A stretch of DNA of 64,000 nt from Rhodothermia bacterium (GTDB lineage Bacteria > Bacteroidota > Rhodothermia > Rhodothermales > UBA10348). The stretch's first letter is position 1; each line of letters opens with the position of its first letter. The notes under the pieces were generated by a model. That model worked only from the letters and a program-made list of their open reading frames with translations, searched no databases and was not told the origin of the DNA. Below are positions 1 to 9,539 of the stretch, one piece after another. A program made the translations under genes and the position numbers. The stretch covers positions 201 through 64,200 of the forward strand of contig BTQE01000003.1 in assembly GCA_036985715.1 (NCBI GenBank), in the 5' to 3' direction.

Positions 1-739
1 GCGCGGCTTCCGTGATCAGAATACCAGTGCCGGGAAGTCCTGTCGGATGGTATTGAACGAACTCCATATCCTTAAGCGGAACACCGGCTCGATACGCCAT
101 GGACATCCCGTCACCCGTCTTAATGGCGCCGTTAGTTGTGAATGGAAATACCTTTCCAGCGCCGCCGGTACAAAGAATGACGGCCCGACCGGCAATAACT
201 TCAAGGCGTCCGGTTCGCTGCTCCAGAGCAGCCACACCCTGACAACGCCCGTCGTGTACCAGAAGCGAAGTGACGAACCATTCGTCGTACGGCACAATAC
301 CGGGGTATTTCAGCGACGTTTGAAACAGCGAATGGAGCATATGGAAACCAGTTTTGTCCGCAGCAAACCAGGTCCGCTCCTTTTTCATCCCTCCGAAAGG
401 TCGTACCGCCACTTTGCCGTCTGGCTCGCGGCTCCATGGACAACCCCAGTGTTCCAACTGGACCAATTCGTTTGGGGCTTCATTGACGAACAGCTCAATC
501 GCGTCTTGATCGACCAGCCAGTCTCCACCTGAAATGGTGTCGAGAATATGATTTTCGAAACTGTCGTGTCCTTTGATGACGGCTGCAGCTCCACCCTCTG
601 CCGCCACCGTATGGCTCCGCATGGGATAAACTTTACTAACCAGCGCGACTTCCAAAGATGGATCGGCTTCGGTCACGGCAATGGCAGCCCGTAGCCCTGC
701 TCCCCCTCCTCCTACAATTACAACATCATGGACCGGCAT
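1..739 (-). CDS. frdA: Fumarate reductase/succinate dehydrogenase flavoprotein subunit, FrdA-like (N-terminal ~246 aa; 3' end runs off the window)
   Basis: Absent from the ORF track because the frame is open to the window edge. Reverse translation from CAT at 737-739 gives [82 protein letters not shown]. It has a Rossmann GxGxxG and the covalent-FAD His motif RSHT, and is nearly colinear with E. coli FrdA as I recall it. Confidence 0.8.
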   Translation of the reverse strand, partial: MPVHDVVIVGGGGAGLRAAIAVTEADPSLEVALVSKVYPMRSHTVAAEGGAAAVIKGHDSFENHILDTISGGDWLVDQDAIELFVNEAPNELVQLEHWGCPWSREPDGKVAVRPFGGMKKERTWFAADKTGFHMLHSLFQTSLKYPGIVPYDEWFVTSLLVHDGRCQGVAALEQRTGRLEVIAGRAVILCTGGAGKVFPFTTNGAIKTGDGMSMAYRAGVPLKDMEFVQYHPTGLPGTGILITEAA

Positions 740-985
740 GTGCCAAAAACTTGAAATGCTAGTTCGTGGGTAAATACGAAAAGAAAGACGTTGGGGAGAA
801 TTCCGCTTTCTTGTGGTTCAACGATACAATGGGATCGCGGCTTATGCAACCACCGCATCGGAGTGGCCCGCAGTGCGTTGTTGTGAGAATTTCCGAGAGA
901 ATCGCTGGGCGACTTGCCGAACGAAATGCTTTAAGACCTGCCGTGTAACTTGCCGGGACCCCGGCGTCACCGACCCTACGGCGTT

Positions 986-1330
986 CTAGTTCAGAAGCGC
1001 AGCGGGCACTCTCACGACCCGCTTGAGAACTGACGTGAGCACTCGATTCCCGAATTCGACGCGCATACCGCAGCTGGCTACGAAGTCCCGGTGGATGCTG
1101 GAACCGCCCCAGGTACATCCGACGATCGAGGTAACCACCTCAGTGCCGTGATTCAGATCAAACCATCCACCGGATACGGCGAATTGATTCGCGTCCAGTT
1201 TTCTGGCCCGATAGATCGAATTCTGGGTGTAGAGTAAGAGCACATCTCCGTCGCTCAAATCGTGGCGACGAATCCCAGTAGCCTCGGCTGCTTTCCGGAC
1301 TAACGTTCTGAGATCGTGTGCTGTTTTCAT
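986..1330 (-). CDS. Hypothetical protein (~114 aa)
   Basis: ORF 986..1396 trimmed to the internal ATG (MKTAHDLRTLVRKAAEATG...). No motif recognised. Same strand as frdA and upstream of it. Confidence 0.4.
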   Translation of the reverse strand: MKTAHDLRTLVRKAAEATGIRRHDLSDGDVLLLYTQNSIYRARKLDANQFAVSGGWFDLNHGTEVVTSIVGCTWGGSSIHRDFVASCGMRVEFGNRVLTSVLKRVVRVPAALLN

Positions 1331-1412
1331 CGAAGTCAGATAAAATTCTGTTCCTGTACTCCTTTTCCCCTTTCGAGTTGCGCTCCGGTCGGGCACTTAT
1401 GCCTGGAACAGT

Positions 1413-1643
1413 CTACAAACCGTTTTGCTTGCGTTCAACGACTTTTTGGTCTCCCACAACCCCCTTTTCCGCCATGTACGAACTTAATAATTCAGATGTT
1501 CTATCGTCGTGGTCCGGTTTCGCTCGAAAAAAGTCTGCAAACACATCTCGGTAGACTGCGAAGTAATAAAGACTCGCCAGGACGCCCAGGAGAACGATAA
1601 CGATAGTGAAGAATGTGTCTGAAATAAACATAGCTGATACCAT
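1413..1643 (-). CDS. Hypothetical small membrane protein (76 aa)
   Basis: The N-terminus has one clear hydrophobic helix (FFTIVIVLLGVLASLYYFAVY). No family recognised. Confidence 0.35.
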   Translation of the reverse strand: MVSAMFISDTFFTIVIVLLGVLASLYYFAVYRDVFADFFRAKPDHDDRTSELLSSYMAEKGVVGDQKVVERKQNGL

Positions 1644-1967
1644 ACCCGAATGTTTCTAATCGTATCGCTTGAATTCCCATATACCTTTAGCTGATCGTCG
1701 TTTTAAGTCCAATTTCGTCGAATTGACCCTTGTCGTAGTGTAAAATCGTTCGCCCCCTGCCTCTCGTGATTGATTTTAAAGAGTGCGCATAAAATCGTCC
1801 AGCATGATAGACGTTGTCGCCCTGGAAACCGCCCTATTTCTAAATACAATCACCGGAGTATGAATGGACGTAATTGGATTCGAAGTTTCGCGCGCCCGGG
1901 TCCGTACATCTGAGCGAAAGGGGCGCCGCTCCCATTCACAAGATGGTGGTCATCCGGTGAATCAGCA

Positions 1968-4049
1968 TCAGCGACTCGGATCGAACTCAAGTCTCACCAG
2001 TCGGGCGTCCGGATTCCGGGCGTTCCAAATGGTGCCATATTCGAGTAGGTAGAGCACACCGTCAAGTCCAATGATCATGTCCGTCGGGCGGCTGAATTCC
2101 ACGTTGGGTGCGAATCGTTCCATATATGCATAGTCGTCGTTTCCATCCATCGTTATGGCGAAAACCTGGTGCCGCATCCATTCATAGATGATCAACTTGC
2201 CGTCGTAGTACTCGGGAATTTGCACGTCCGATTTCTCGTAGTCGTTGAAATAGTAAACCGGCCCAGCCAGACCCGTTCTTCCACCCTCTCCTATGAGCGG
2301 GAATTCAGGTGAAGCGTCATACGGATACCAGATAAACGCCGGTTGTGCGGGTGGGAGTGTTTGCAGACCCGTGTTGTTCGGCGAACGGTTTACGGGGCGC
2401 AAGGCATCGAAGGGTGAAAGAGATCGTCCGCCCCCGAAATCAAAATCTACGTAAGGTTTGTTGTTCGCCACGAAATAGGGCCAACCATAGAAACCAGGCT
2501 CACGGGCCTGATTGATCTCGTCGTGGCCTTTCGGACCTCTTTCTGGATCGGACTCGGTCGCATCCGGACCCACTTCTCCCCAATAGAGAAAACCCGTACG
2601 CGAATCGATTGAGATCCGGAACGGGTTGCGGTTACCCATAATGTAAATCTCAGGTCTTCCAACAGAGCCGTCCGACGGGAAGAGATTGCCGCCCGGAACA
2701 ACGTACTCGCCGTCATCGGTAGGTTGAACGCGCAGGATCTTGCCGCGAAGATCATTCGAATTAGCCGCCGACCGCTGGGCATCCCACGGACTTCGTCCGG
2801 GTTGCTCGTCGATAGGACTGAATCCATCCGAAGCAAACGGATTTGTGTTATCGCCAGTAGATAGAAACAGTGTGCCGCCTGGTCCAAACTCAAGAGATCC
2901 GCCACTGTGACAGCATTCAACGCGCTGCGTTTCTACTTCGAGAAGAACCGATTCCGAATGGAGGGAGAGGGGTGAGCCGTCGAGTGTAAATCTCGACAGT
3001 TTCTGCTTGGATTCTTGAAAGGGAGGCGAGTAGTAAAGATAAATCCAGCTGTTTTGCTCGTATTCCGGATCAATTGCCAACCCAAGCAGCCCATCTTCCA
3101 GCTCTGAATAAACGTCGAGCGAGACGACAAGGTCGGTTCGACCGGCTTCCGGGTCGTAGACTTTGAGATCACCGCGTCTTTCAATAAAGAGAATTCGACC
3201 ATCGGGGAGCTGATCAAGCTCCATGGGTTCGTTGAGGTTCTCGTCCAGAACGATTTTCTTAAATCCGGTCTGTGAAGGAAGAACTCCCGGCCGATCGTAA
3301 TCCAGTTCGCTGCCGTCGCCCACTACATACCGCAGCCCCCCTGAAATATGATCCCTGAACAGGGGCTCCGAGTACGACTCCTTTACGTGTCCCAGCGCCG
3401 TGTAAAAAGATCTTCCACCGTCAAATTCATGGTACCAGGCGAGCGGGTGAGGGTCCGCGCCCGGTTCATTGTCTCTCGGATCGTAAGATGATTCGTCAAT
3501 CGTGATAAGAACGTTGACGTCCGGGTTTGTATAGCGGATGTTATACCACTCATCCGTTCGAATCCAGGTATCCGGAAGCGTTTGAGTCGCCGGATGATTC
3601 GTATCAACAATCGAGAGTTTGGCTTCCTGGATGGTTGGATGACTGATGAAGTAGCCGCCGACTAGACGGCCATACCACGGCCACCTGAATTCCGTATCCG
3701 ATGCCGAGTGAATGCCCATGTAGCCCCCGCCGGCCTGAATAAAGCGCATGAATGCTTCTTGTTGAACGTCGTCGAGAACGTCACCCGTCGTATACAGGAA
3801 AACGACGGCATCGTACCCGCGTAGAAAGTCATCTGTGAAAAGGGCCGCATTCGTCGTCGTATCGGCCAGCATCCTGTTCTCAGCGGCGATTTCAGTTAGT
3901 GCTTCCTGGGCCGCGGGAATCGTCTGATGATCGAAAGTGGTTGTCTTCGAGAAGAGAAGGACCCGGGGTTCTCGATCGGGCTGAGTTACAACAAGGTATA
4001 CACCTACCGCTAAGATCCCTGTGACCAGCATGTAGAATATGATCTTCAT
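1968..4049 (-). CDS. ThuA-like domain fused to a PQQ-dependent (soluble glucose/sorbosone dehydrogenase-type) beta-propeller; N-terminal membrane anchor or signal
   Basis: 693-aa ORF. The N-terminal half resembles ThuA (VVFLYTTGDVLDD..FIQAGGGYMGIHSASDT..HPATQTLPDTW). The C-terminal half resembles the SGDH propeller (LNEPMELDQLPDGRILFIERRGDLKVY..DGLLGLAIDPEY..GNRNPFRISID..GPDATESD). Confidence 0.8.
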   Translation of the reverse strand: MKIIFYMLVTGILAVGVYLVVTQPDREPRVLLFSKTTTFDHQTIPAAQEALTEIAAENRMLADTTTNAALFTDDFLRGYDAVVFLYTTGDVLDDVQQEAFMRFIQAGGGYMGIHSASDTEFRWPWYGRLVGGYFISHPTIQEAKLSIVDTNHPATQTLPDTWIRTDEWYNIRYTNPDVNVLITIDESSYDPRDNEPGADPHPLAWYHEFDGGRSFYTALGHVKESYSEPLFRDHISGGLRYVVGDGSELDYDRPGVLPSQTGFKKIVLDENLNEPMELDQLPDGRILFIERRGDLKVYDPEAGRTDLVVSLDVYSELEDGLLGLAIDPEYEQNSWIYLYYSPPFQESKQKLSRFTLDGSPLSLHSESVLLEVETQRVECCHSGGSLEFGPGGTLFLSTGDNTNPFASDGFSPIDEQPGRSPWDAQRSAANSNDLRGKILRVQPTDDGEYVVPGGNLFPSDGSVGRPEIYIMGNRNPFRISIDSRTGFLYWGEVGPDATESDPERGPKGHDEINQAREPGFYGWPYFVANNKPYVDFDFGGGRSLSPFDALRPVNRSPNNTGLQTLPPAQPAFIWYPYDASPEFPLIGEGGRTGLAGPVYYFNDYEKSDVQIPEYYDGKLIIYEWMRHQVFAITMDGNDDYAYMERFAPNVEFSRPTDMIIGLDGVLYLLEYGTIWNARNPDARLVRLEFDPSR

Positions 4050-4064
4050 CCGAGATGGGTTGTC

Positions 4065-4169
4065 GTTGATTCGGGCATCCTTGGATCAGGCATCGTCGGA
4101 TCAGGCATCGTTGGATCGGGCATCGTTGGATCAGGCATCGTCGGATCAGGCATCGTTGGATCGGGCATC
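4065..4169. repeat. Tandem repeat of 7 copies of a 15-bp unit (GTTGGATCRGGCATC; 45-bp higher-order pattern)
   Basis: Read directly from the sequence. Copies lie at 4065, 4080, 4095, 4110, 4125, 4140 and 4155, and the first is degenerate. The array spans the agmatinase stop codon (4146-4148) and ends 15 nt from the ThuA-SGDH start codon (4049). Confidence 0.95.
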
Positions 4170-4991
4170 TGTCGGCCCGTCGTGCATGATCGCCAGGAGT
4201 TCCTTGAGCAGCTTGGCCGCAAGCATCGCTGTGATGTCACTGGGGTCTCGATCCGGGTTGAGCTCGACGATATCTGCTCCCACGACGTGCGCCTCAATGG
4301 ATTGGAGAATCCCGAACACGTCTCTGCTACTCAGGCCACCGGGTTCAGGATGGGATACGCCGGGAGCGAATGCTGGATCGAAAACATCCATATCCAGTGA
4401 AATATATAAAGGGCCCGTAAGACGAAGCTCGGCGGCTGAATTCCACTCACGGGCCGTCAGGACTTCGATCCCGAATCGATCAGCTTGCTCCTTCTGGTGC
4501 CGATTCATGGCCCGAATGCCGACCTGGACGAGTCTACTGACGAGTCCATCCTCCATGATTCGCGCAAACGGACAGGCATGAGAGAGCTTGTTTCCATCGA
4601 ACTCATCGTAGAGATCGGGATGCGCATCCAGATGAAGAATCGTCAACTCCTGACGCGCCGCGGCGACACCCCGCACGATCGGATACGAAATGGAGTGGTC
4701 TCCCCCCAGAGAAAGGGGCCGTGCGCCCTGGTCGACAATGCGCTCGATTGCCTCCTCAATCTTCAGAAACGGTTCGTCACCCTTCAAGTTGTCCAGATCA
4801 CCTAGATCTGACCATCGACTCGAACCACTCAGATCCAATCCATTTTCTGAACACAAATTGGCCGATTTCGAGTGCAATGCCAGCCGAATTCGCTCAGGAG
4901 CCTTTGCAGCCCCTTTGAGAAAAGACGAATGGTCATCGAAAGGAATGCCCAGCAGAGCAATTTCACCTAACTCGAGCGTGTCAAAATTCAT
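4146..4991 (-). CDS. speB: Agmatinase / arginase-family ureohydrolase
   Basis: 281 aa with the arginase-fold Mn-binding motifs GGDHSISYP, HLDAHPDLYD and SLDMDVFDPAFAPGVSHPEPGGL. The size fits short agmatinases. Exact substrate is not determinable. Confidence 0.75.
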   Translation of the reverse strand: MNFDTLELGEIALLGIPFDDHSSFLKGAAKAPERIRLALHSKSANLCSENGLDLSGSSRWSDLGDLDNLKGDEPFLKIEEAIERIVDQGARPLSLGGDHSISYPIVRGVAAARQELTILHLDAHPDLYDEFDGNKLSHACPFARIMEDGLVSRLVQVGIRAMNRHQKEQADRFGIEVLTAREWNSAAELRLTGPLYISLDMDVFDPAFAPGVSHPEPGGLSSRDVFGILQSIEAHVVGADIVELNPDRDPSDITAMLAAKLLKELLAIMHDGPTDARSNDA

Positions 4992-5062
4992 GGAGCACGT
5001 TACTGCTCACCGGTCCGGATAGACCCTATTGTCTTTGCGCGATTGTTCTTATGCGATTGTCC

Positions 5063-5332
5063 CTACGCGGTTTCTACTGCCTTCCCCGGTGAAATTTTGT
5101 TGTAAATCCAGGCGAAGAGAATACCGCCTATGAAACCATCTACAAAACCCCACAATAGACCTATTACGCTACCCACAGCGGTAAAAGAATATCCATTGTA
5201 CACCTGACCGAGAAATGTCGTCGAACTATCTCCACCACCTGTGACAAGAATCACCCACCACGCAAACAGAAAGAGCGCTATGCCATATACGATACCGCCC
5301 GTAAGAGCGAAGGATTTGATGTCAAGTTTCAT
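5063..5332 (-). CDS. Small glycine-rich membrane protein (89 aa, 2-3 TM)
   Basis: Only the C-terminal part of ORF 5063..5854 looks real: MKLDIKSFALTGGIVYGIALFLFAWWVILV..IGGILFAWIYNKI. The start CAT at 5330-5332 was checked. Confidence 0.5.
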   Translation of the reverse strand: MKLDIKSFALTGGIVYGIALFLFAWWVILVTGGGDSSTTFLGQVYNGYSFTAVGSVIGLLWGFVDGFIGGILFAWIYNKISPGKAVETA

Positions 5333-5515
5333 TTTGATCACCTGTAGTTGACTATCTATTATTGTCCCCTCAGTCGGACTGCATCCTGCGTACTGAACGA
5401 AAGATACCACTAAAAAATGTGGATCGGGCTCGTCCCGGGAAAGCCCGGCAGGTTGAACCCGCTCTCGTTCGGTTGTAGGTTCTTGGGTGTCTGTCACATT
5501 CAGTTCAAGTTCGCC

Positions 5516-6835
5516 ATGCGCAAAACCCTCCTCTTTATTCTGATCGCCACGAGTCTCGGCGCCGTTTCGTCTGATGCTGTCGCTCAGAAAACGATTTCCG
5601 ATTTGGAACGGGCCATCATCAACCATATCGATTCGCGATCCGACCAAGCTCTCCAACTCCTGGAGAAAGCGGTAAACATCAATAGCGGCTCTCTGAACCC
5701 GGAGGGTGTCCGCGAAGTGGGCCGCGTATTTGCAAAGGAGTTCGACTCCATTGGTTTTGATACCCGGTGGGTAGACGGCAGCGCTTTTAATCGGGCCGGG
5801 CATCTCGTTGCATCCCGTAAGGGGGATGGACCTCACTTCGTCATGATCGGACATCTCGATACCATATTCGAACCCGATAGCCCGTTTCAGAAATATGAAC
5901 AGCTGTCCGATTCGACTGCCCGGGGCCCCGGCGTATCCGACATGAAGGGTGGGAATGTCATCATACTTGAAGCACTCCGTGCCCTGGATGCAGTTGGAGC
6001 ACTAGGTCACATGACCGTAACCGTAGTCCTGATCGGTGATGAAGAATCGTCGGGGCGACCTTTGGACGTCTCTCGGAAAGTCCTTCTCGAGGCAGCCGAA
6101 TCCGCAGACATCGCTCTTGCGTTTGAAAATGGAGATGACCAGATTGATACGGCTGTGATCGCTCGACGCGGATTCACGGGCTGGGAATTGGAAGTGACGG
6201 GCAAACCGGGACACTCTTCTCAGGTTTTCAAAGAGAACATGGGGTATGGCGCCGTCTACGAAGCCGCCCGGATTCTCAGCAGTTTCTATCAGGAATTGGA
6301 AGGCGAAGAAAATCTGACTTTCAACCCGGGAGTGATCGTTGGGGGTACGACCATCGATTACGACGCTGCCAAATCTTCAGGAACTGCGTTTGGAAAAACC
6401 AACGTCATTGCTGAACGAACGACGGTTGCAGGTGATCTTCGCACGCTTACGATTGAGCAAAGAGAGTCGGCAAAGGATCGAATGCGAACCATTGTGTCGC
6501 AGCATCTTAATGGAACGACGGCTGAAATTACTTTTTCCGACGGCTACCCCCCTCTCGGGCCCACGGATGGTAATCGACGCCTGCTTTCAATGCTGGACCA
6601 GACCAGTCGCGACCTGGGATTCGGTGGCGTTTCGGCTGTCGATCCGAGTGAAGCCGGGGCGGCCGACGTGTCCTTCACTGCGGGGTTGGTTGATATGGCC
6701 CTGGACGGTCTCGGACTCCTCGGAGAGGATAATCACACCGTGAATGAAACAGCCGATCTGAACCTGCTTCCCATTCAGGCCAAAAGAGCGGCCATCCTGA
6801 TGCACAGAGTGGCAACCACGGATGGCACCGAATAG
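5516..6835 (+). CDS. Secreted M20-family metallopeptidase (glutamate carboxypeptidase CPG2-like)
   Basis: ORF 5417..6835 trimmed to the ATG at 5516, which gives a signal peptide MRKTLLFILIATSLGAVSSDAVAQ. M20 motifs present: MIGHLDTIF, GPGVSDMKGG, LIGDEESSG. Confidence 0.8.
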   Translation: MRKTLLFILIATSLGAVSSDAVAQKTISDLERAIINHIDSRSDQALQLLEKAVNINSGSLNPEGVREVGRVFAKEFDSIGFDTRWVDGSAFNRAGHLVASRKGDGPHFVMIGHLDTIFEPDSPFQKYEQLSDSTARGPGVSDMKGGNVIILEALRALDAVGALGHMTVTVVLIGDEESSGRPLDVSRKVLLEAAESADIALAFENGDDQIDTAVIARRGFTGWELEVTGKPGHSSQVFKENMGYGAVYEAARILSSFYQELEGEENLTFNPGVIVGGTTIDYDAAKSSGTAFGKTNVIAERTTVAGDLRTLTIEQRESAKDRMRTIVSQHLNGTTAEITFSDGYPPLGPTDGNRRLLSMLDQTSRDLGFGGVSAVDPSEAGAADVSFTAGLVDMALDGLGLLGEDNHTVNETADLNLLPIQAKRAAILMHRVATTDGTE

Positions 6836-6906
6836 AACTTTAGCGGACTCGGTCAATTAAGCCTGCTGCAAACGAGTCAAAGTGAGATTAAAACGAACGC
6901 TTCGAG

Positions 6907-7341
6907 TCAGGCCCGATGGTGGTCAGCCCTCCAGTTCGTAATCGCCTTTTTGATGTCGCCTTCGCTGAGTCCGTCGTTTACGGCTCGTGCAGCCAGGTCG
7001 TCATATTCGTCATCGGACGCGAATCGCAGACCGATGATCTGACGCATTTCGAGGCGAGAATCAAGCAGCGACCCGTTCCGGACGTAGTTTCGAAGGTTTT
7101 CCTCAACCCGAATGGCTCTATCCTGAGCTTTCAGGGCAAAACTTCGAAGGAACAGGAAAATGAAGATGTCCGCCAGAGCGATCGCCAAGATGAGCGATGC
7201 ACTATACAGACCGGATCCGTCCACTGATTTGAACAAATTGATGGTGGCTCCGATCAACGTAGCTACGATCAATAACGACAGGAAATAGTGGTACAGAGGG
7301 ACGTATCTGTGATGGTTCGAATAATTTTGCTGCTCAGCCAT
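6907..7341 (-). CDS. Membrane protein, DUF6526-like
   Basis: 144 aa. N-terminus QNYSNHHRYVPLYHYFLSLLIVATLIG plus a second TM, then a soluble tail. The family name is from memory. Confidence 0.5.
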   Translation of the reverse strand: MAEQQNYSNHHRYVPLYHYFLSLLIVATLIGATINLFKSVDGSGLYSASLILAIALADIFIFLFLRSFALKAQDRAIRVEENLRNYVRNGSLLDSRLEMRQIIGLRFASDDEYDDLAARAVNDGLSEGDIKKAITNWRADHHRA

Positions 7342-7412
7342 AGCTATTCCATAAATTAATTGCGGGGTCGAAAAGGTAGAGAATTGATCTTAAAACTTCC
7401 AAATGCGATTGC

Positions 7413-8291
7413 TTGTTGAAATGGTCTAGAAACTGGCTGGCATATGCTCTCATCACCACTGTTTTTTGGGGTGTCTGGGGAGCTCTCATCGAGATTCCAG
7501 AGAAATCAGGGTTTCCGGCAACGCTCGGTTTCGTGGTTTGGGCGCTCACGATGATACCACCCGCTCTTGTGGTTCTGGCTCGAGTTGGATGGAAAATTGA
7601 ACGCGACAAGTCAGCCATTCTTCTTGGTTCGACCATCGGATTTCTAGGCGCCGGAGGCCAACTCGTCCTGTTCCAGGCGCTTCGGATGGGCCCGGCCTAC
7701 CTGGTTTTTCCAGTCATTTCGCTCGCACCCGTCGTAACGATCGGCCTCTCGTTCTGGCTCCTGAAGGAGAGAACCGGAACTCGGGGTTGGATTGGAATCA
7801 TCATAGCCATCGTCGCACTTCCGTTCTTGTCCTACGCCCCGGGATCACAAAATGGCGGCACGAACCTCATCTGGATTGCATTGGCACTGATGGTGTTTTT
7901 TGCCTGGGGAATTCAGGCCTACGTGATTAAGCACGCAAATAAGACCATGAGCGCCGAAGGGATTTTCTTTTATATGATGCTGACAGCCATACTGCTGATT
8001 CCTCTCGCACTCGTGATGACGGATTTCTCGGCGGCGATAAACTGGGGTGCAGACGGACCCGTCCTGGCGGCGGGCATTCAAGTTCTCAACGCAATCGGGG
8101 CTCTCTGTCTGGTGTATGCTTTTCGGTACGGAAAAGCCATCATTGTCTCGCCTCTGACCAACGCCGTGGCTCCCGTCATTACCGTTCTTTTGTCTCTCAC
8201 GATTTACGCGGTCGTCCCGAATCCGATTACACTTATCGGGATCGGTGGCGCGGTTGTCGCGGCTTTCCTATTCGCCATCGAGGACGAATGA
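7413..8291 (+). CDS. DMT/EamA-type membrane transporter
   Basis: 292 aa and about 10 hydrophobic helices arranged as two halves. TTG start. Assigned from family-level resemblance only. Confidence 0.65.
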   Translation: MLKWSRNWLAYALITTVFWGVWGALIEIPEKSGFPATLGFVVWALTMIPPALVVLARVGWKIERDKSAILLGSTIGFLGAGGQLVLFQALRMGPAYLVFPVISLAPVVTIGLSFWLLKERTGTRGWIGIIIAIVALPFLSYAPGSQNGGTNLIWIALALMVFFAWGIQAYVIKHANKTMSAEGIFFYMMLTAILLIPLALVMTDFSAAINWGADGPVLAAGIQVLNAIGALCLVYAFRYGKAIIVSPLTNAVAPVITVLLSLTIYAVVPNPITLIGIGGAVVAAFLFAIEDE

Positions 8292-9539
8292 GCCCGAATC
8301 GGGAATGACGATTCCGGCTCCCATTCTCCAACACCCACCCTTTTCCATATGTTCAGCCATCATTTTCTGAAGTGAGGTGTTCTTCGGCCACGTATCGATA
8401 TCGGGTCCGACGGCGCCGAATACTCGCTCAATGGTCTGTTTTTGATCGGCGTCCGGTTCGGGTATCAGATTCCATTCATTAAGAAATCGAACAATATTGG
8501 TGTCGGCAGATAACTGATCCTTCAGTTGTCGGTCGAGCAACCAGGAGGAACACGTGTATGCCCGGGGCTCGAAATCTGGAAAATGCCTCCTGAAAAACGG
8601 CAATGACCGCGAGAAGGAGCGACAGCACCGGATATAGTCCATCGGTCCTGTAGCCGGAATATGTACCCCGAGAACAGAGTCGCCCACTTTTAGAATTTCA
8701 TTCCATTCCTGTTCGTCTAATTGAACGGGGTCCGGGCTGATCGACCCGTCCGGTGTCACTGGATGACCTCTCGCGACTGCACCTGTGTAAAGAGACGTCT
8801 TCCAAACGTCGGTCTCACGAATATTGTCGGTTCCGTTCAACAGCCCGTCTTCTCTGACTTCCAGTCCACCTTCCGCCAGGATTTGTATGGATTGATTGGC
8901 CTTTCGACGAAACACGCGGAAGGGATGTTTGAACACAGTCGTTTCGAACTGTAGGCGACCGATTTTGAACACATCACCTGCAAAATGTCGACTCAGCCAG
9001 TCCTGCTCCCGGAAACCCCATCGGCCGGTCTCTTCTTTGAAATCGAGCAACCACAATTCCAGATCGCTCAGCGTGTCCGTTGTCACAAACTCAGGTATTC
9101 CAGCCTGATGATGGAATTCAATCAGTCGGGGAACTGTAGAGAGAAAAACATAGACGTAGAACAACTCAATATCCGGATGGACTTTCGTTGAGAGGTTCGG
9201 CCAATCGAACCCCTCTGATGCGCTGTTAGCCGTTCTCGTTCGTTTGATTCGTTCATTCAGCCGCATCACCAGTTCCTGATGGCAATGCCAGTGAAGCATC
9301 GCAAGCTCCGGGACATCAGCAAAAAGAAAAGCGCGCTCAATAAGAGCACGCTCCGCTTTGAAGTTCATTCCGAGCAGTCGGCAGTTCGCCTGAATGGAAT
9401 CAGGACTGAGAGAATTTTCCTGACGATCAGCGAACGTAGAAATCGTTCTCGCCCAATTCGTTTCGAAGTGAGGACGCGACGCCTCAATCTTCAGCGTTGA
9501 TAGGACCTGATCTAAAGTCTGGACCGTGTCTTCGGGCAT
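8268..9539 (-). CDS. Acyltransferase-domain protein (DUF5596 / GNAT-like C-terminal domain type)
   Basis: 423 aa. The C-terminal block LGVHIPATGPMD..FFRRHFPDFEPRAYTCSSWLLDRQL..NIVRFL resembles the GNAT-like C-terminal domain as I recall it. The 3' end overlaps the convergent transporter gene by 24 nt. Confidence 0.45.
   Translation of the reverse strand: MPEDTVQTLDQVLSTLKIEASRPHFETNWARTISTFADRQENSLSPDSIQANCRLLGMNFKAERALIERAFLFADVPELAMLHWHCHQELVMRLNERIKRTRTANSASEGFDWPNLSTKVHPDIELFYVYVFLSTVPRLIEFHHQAGIPEFVTTDTLSDLELWLLDFKEETGRWGFREQDWLSRHFAGDVFKIGRLQFETTVFKHPFRVFRRKANQSIQILAEGGLEVREDGLLNGTDNIRETDVWKTSLYTGAVARGHPVTPDGSISPDPVQLDEQEWNEILKVGDSVLGVHIPATGPMDYIRCCRSFSRSLPFFRRHFPDFEPRAYTCSSWLLDRQLKDQLSADTNIVRFLNEWNLIPEPDADQKQTIERVFGAVGPDIDTWPKNTSLQKMMAEHMEKGGCWRMGAGIVIPDSGSFVLDGE

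Noticed and set aside
1866-1945. tRNA-like GGATTCGAA motif near 1875
   Set aside because: The flanks cannot form T-arm or acceptor-stem pairing. No cloverleaf could be folded by hand.
4046-4297. ORF encoding MPDPT x 6 (minus strand), and ORF 4039..4581 (plus strand) encoding SLDQASSDQA repeats
   Set aside because: Both are translation artefacts of the 15-bp tandem array. They overlap the agmatinase CDS in other frames.
5333-5854. N-terminal 174 aa of the 263-aa ORF 5063..5854 (minus strand)
   Set aside because: Only the last 89 aa look like a real (membrane) protein. The extension overlaps the well-supported divergent M20 peptidase gene and its signal peptide, and has no protein-like features.
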